A stretch of 64,000 nt of DNA from an uncultured bacterium (GTDB lineage Bacteria > Chloroflexota > UBA5177 > JANWHV01): assembly GCA_963827235.1 (NCBI GenBank), contig CAWHAE010000008.1, positions 320,001-384,000 on the forward strand, in the 5' to 3' direction. A program made the translations under genes and the position numbers. Positions 62,721 through 64,000 of the stretch are shown here, in pieces; the first letter of the stretch is position 1; each line of letters opens with the position of its first letter. The notes beneath the pieces were generated by a model. That model was given only the letters and a program-made list of their open reading frames with translations. It was not told the origin of the DNA and did not search any database.

Positions 62721-63494
62721 ATGGCGGGCCGGGATGGTCCGCAGGTGCGGAGGAACATGGAATACCCGTTGATCGTATTCGTGGTCAGCACGGCGTTCTG
62801 CGCGATCGTGCTGAACCAGTTCATGCAGCGACGCCGAGCCTATCAGCTTGCCTGGAGCGTGTCACTTGCCTCGGCGGCAGCAGGCTCTCTGTCCTACGTA
62901 GTCTTTCTCCTGGCGGGCAGGCCCGAGATCGCGTTTCGCCTTTACTACATATTCGGGGCGCTCTTAACCGCCCCGCTCTTGGGCGTCGGCAGTCTGTTGC
63001 TGGCGTCGCGCACGCCGGAGGCACGCCGGCGTGCCGGCTATCCGATCGCTGTCGTGGTACTGGGCTGTTTGGCCGGGTCGATCATGCTTCTCGTGAACCC
63101 GATCCACACGGATGTGCTGCAACAGCTCAACGGTGGACCGGGTACCAATCCGGACGTCTATGCCTCGGGGCCGTGGCAGCCGATAGTAATCGCGGTCAAT
63201 ATCGCGGGCGCTCTGAGCGTGTTCGGCGTCGCGGTATTCTCGGGATGGCAGCTTTTGCGCCGCTCGGGCACGCGGAGGCTCGTGGTGGCGAACGGTCTGA
63301 TCGCACTCGGCACCTACGTCATCTCGCAGGCTGGAGGCCAGGCGCGCACGGGATTCGGGGCGGGCGCCTTCTGGCTGACCATGGCGCTGGGATGGATCGT
63401 GCTCTTCGGCGGCTTCCTCAGCACGTTCAGTCCGCGAGTTGAGAGCGTGGACGTGCGTCGCTCGGTACGTGCGCGCGACGCGGCCACGGCCTGA
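62721..63494 (+). CDS. Multi-pass membrane protein, about 7 TM helices
   Basis: AGGAGG RBS; hydrophobic segments. Confidence 0.75.
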   Translation: MAGRDGPQVRRNMEYPLIVFVVSTAFCAIVLNQFMQRRRAYQLAWSVSLASAAAGSLSYVVFLLAGRPEIAFRLYYIFGALLTAPLLGVGSLLLASRTPEARRRAGYPIAVVVLGCLAGSIMLLVNPIHTDVLQQLNGGPGTNPDVYASGPWQPIVIAVNIAGALSVFGVAVFSGWQLLRRSGTRRLVVANGLIALGTYVISQAGGQARTGFGAGAFWLTMALGWIVLFGGFLSTFSPRVESVDVRRSVRARDAATA

Positions 63495-63510
63495 GGACGT
63501 CCGCCGGCGG

Positions 63511-64000
63511 CTAGAGCGACCGATGCTGGCGACGGTACTCGAAGAGCACCACGGCCACGGCTATTGCCAGGTTCAGCGAGCCGCCGTGCGCCATGGGAAT
63601 CCTGATCGAGAAATCGCTGTCCTCCGCCACGTCGGGCGGCAGGCCTTCTCCCTCGTTGCCGAACAACAGCATGCAACGCCTCGGTATAGTCGTCGACCAT
63701 AGGTCGCTCTTTGCCCTGGACGAAGTGGCCACGATGGGCAGTTGATGATCGCGACACCAGGCGCGCACGGTATGCCATCGATCAGCGACGGCATACGGCA
63801 CGCTGAAGATCGTGCCCATGCTGGCCTTGACGCACGCCGGGCTGTAGATGTCCGTGCCTCCAATGACAATGGCGCCCCCGCCCATGGCGTCGAGGGTCCG
63901 TATGGAGGTTCCGAGGTTCCCCGGATTGCCCGGCGAATACAGTGCCGCAAACATGTCGGTGACGGCAACTGGCAGACCATCTATGTTCGCCTTCGGCTTG
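63511..64000 (-). CDS. TrmH/SpoU-family RNA methyltransferase (5'-truncated by window edge)
   Basis: PGNLGTSIRT, LFGNEGEG, IPM..SLNLA. Confidence 0.9.
   Translation of the reverse strand, partial: KPKANIDGLPVAVTDMFAALYSPGNPGNLGTSIRTLDAMGGGAIVIGGTDIYSPACVKASMGTIFSVPYAVADRWHTVRAWCRDHQLPIVATSSRAKSDLWSTTIPRRCMLLFGNEGEGLPPDVAEDSDFSIRIPMAHGGSLNLAIAVAVVLFEYRRQHRSL

Overview
High-GC bacterial chromosomal window. Gene style and gene order suggest Chloroflexota; this is an inference. Most of it is housekeeping: tRNA-Ala(GGC), rpmA-rplU, argH, an EF-G paralog, rpsO-pnp-udg-rnj-ftsK, purC-S-Q-L, a GH95 sugar operon, nrdR-nrdJ and thiol-redox genes. Two accessory regions interrupt it. (1) 1-6345, downstream of tRNA-Ala: an Avs-like STAND NTPase with an Mrr-like N-terminus, and a 1.9-kb integrase-less unit (PIN-wHTH gene plus a small gene). 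That unit lies between the intact tRNA-Ala and a degenerate copy of the same tRNA with its downstream arm (4362-4492 vs 6267-6395), which looks like tandem defence cassettes accumulating at a tRNA att site. (2) about 48.1-54.3 kb, behind nrdJ: three co-oriented multidomain genes carrying Schlafen/AlbA_2, SEFIR/TIR and PNP-nucleosidase effector domains, two of them fused to winged helices, preceded by a clustered GACACAG repeat. This is a candidate undescribed multi-effector anti-phage locus. At least 13 single-base frameshifts, including in pnp, nrdJ and nrdR, point to indel errors in the assembly, so I treat split genes as intact but unverified. All family calls come from motif recognition by eye; no database searches were run.
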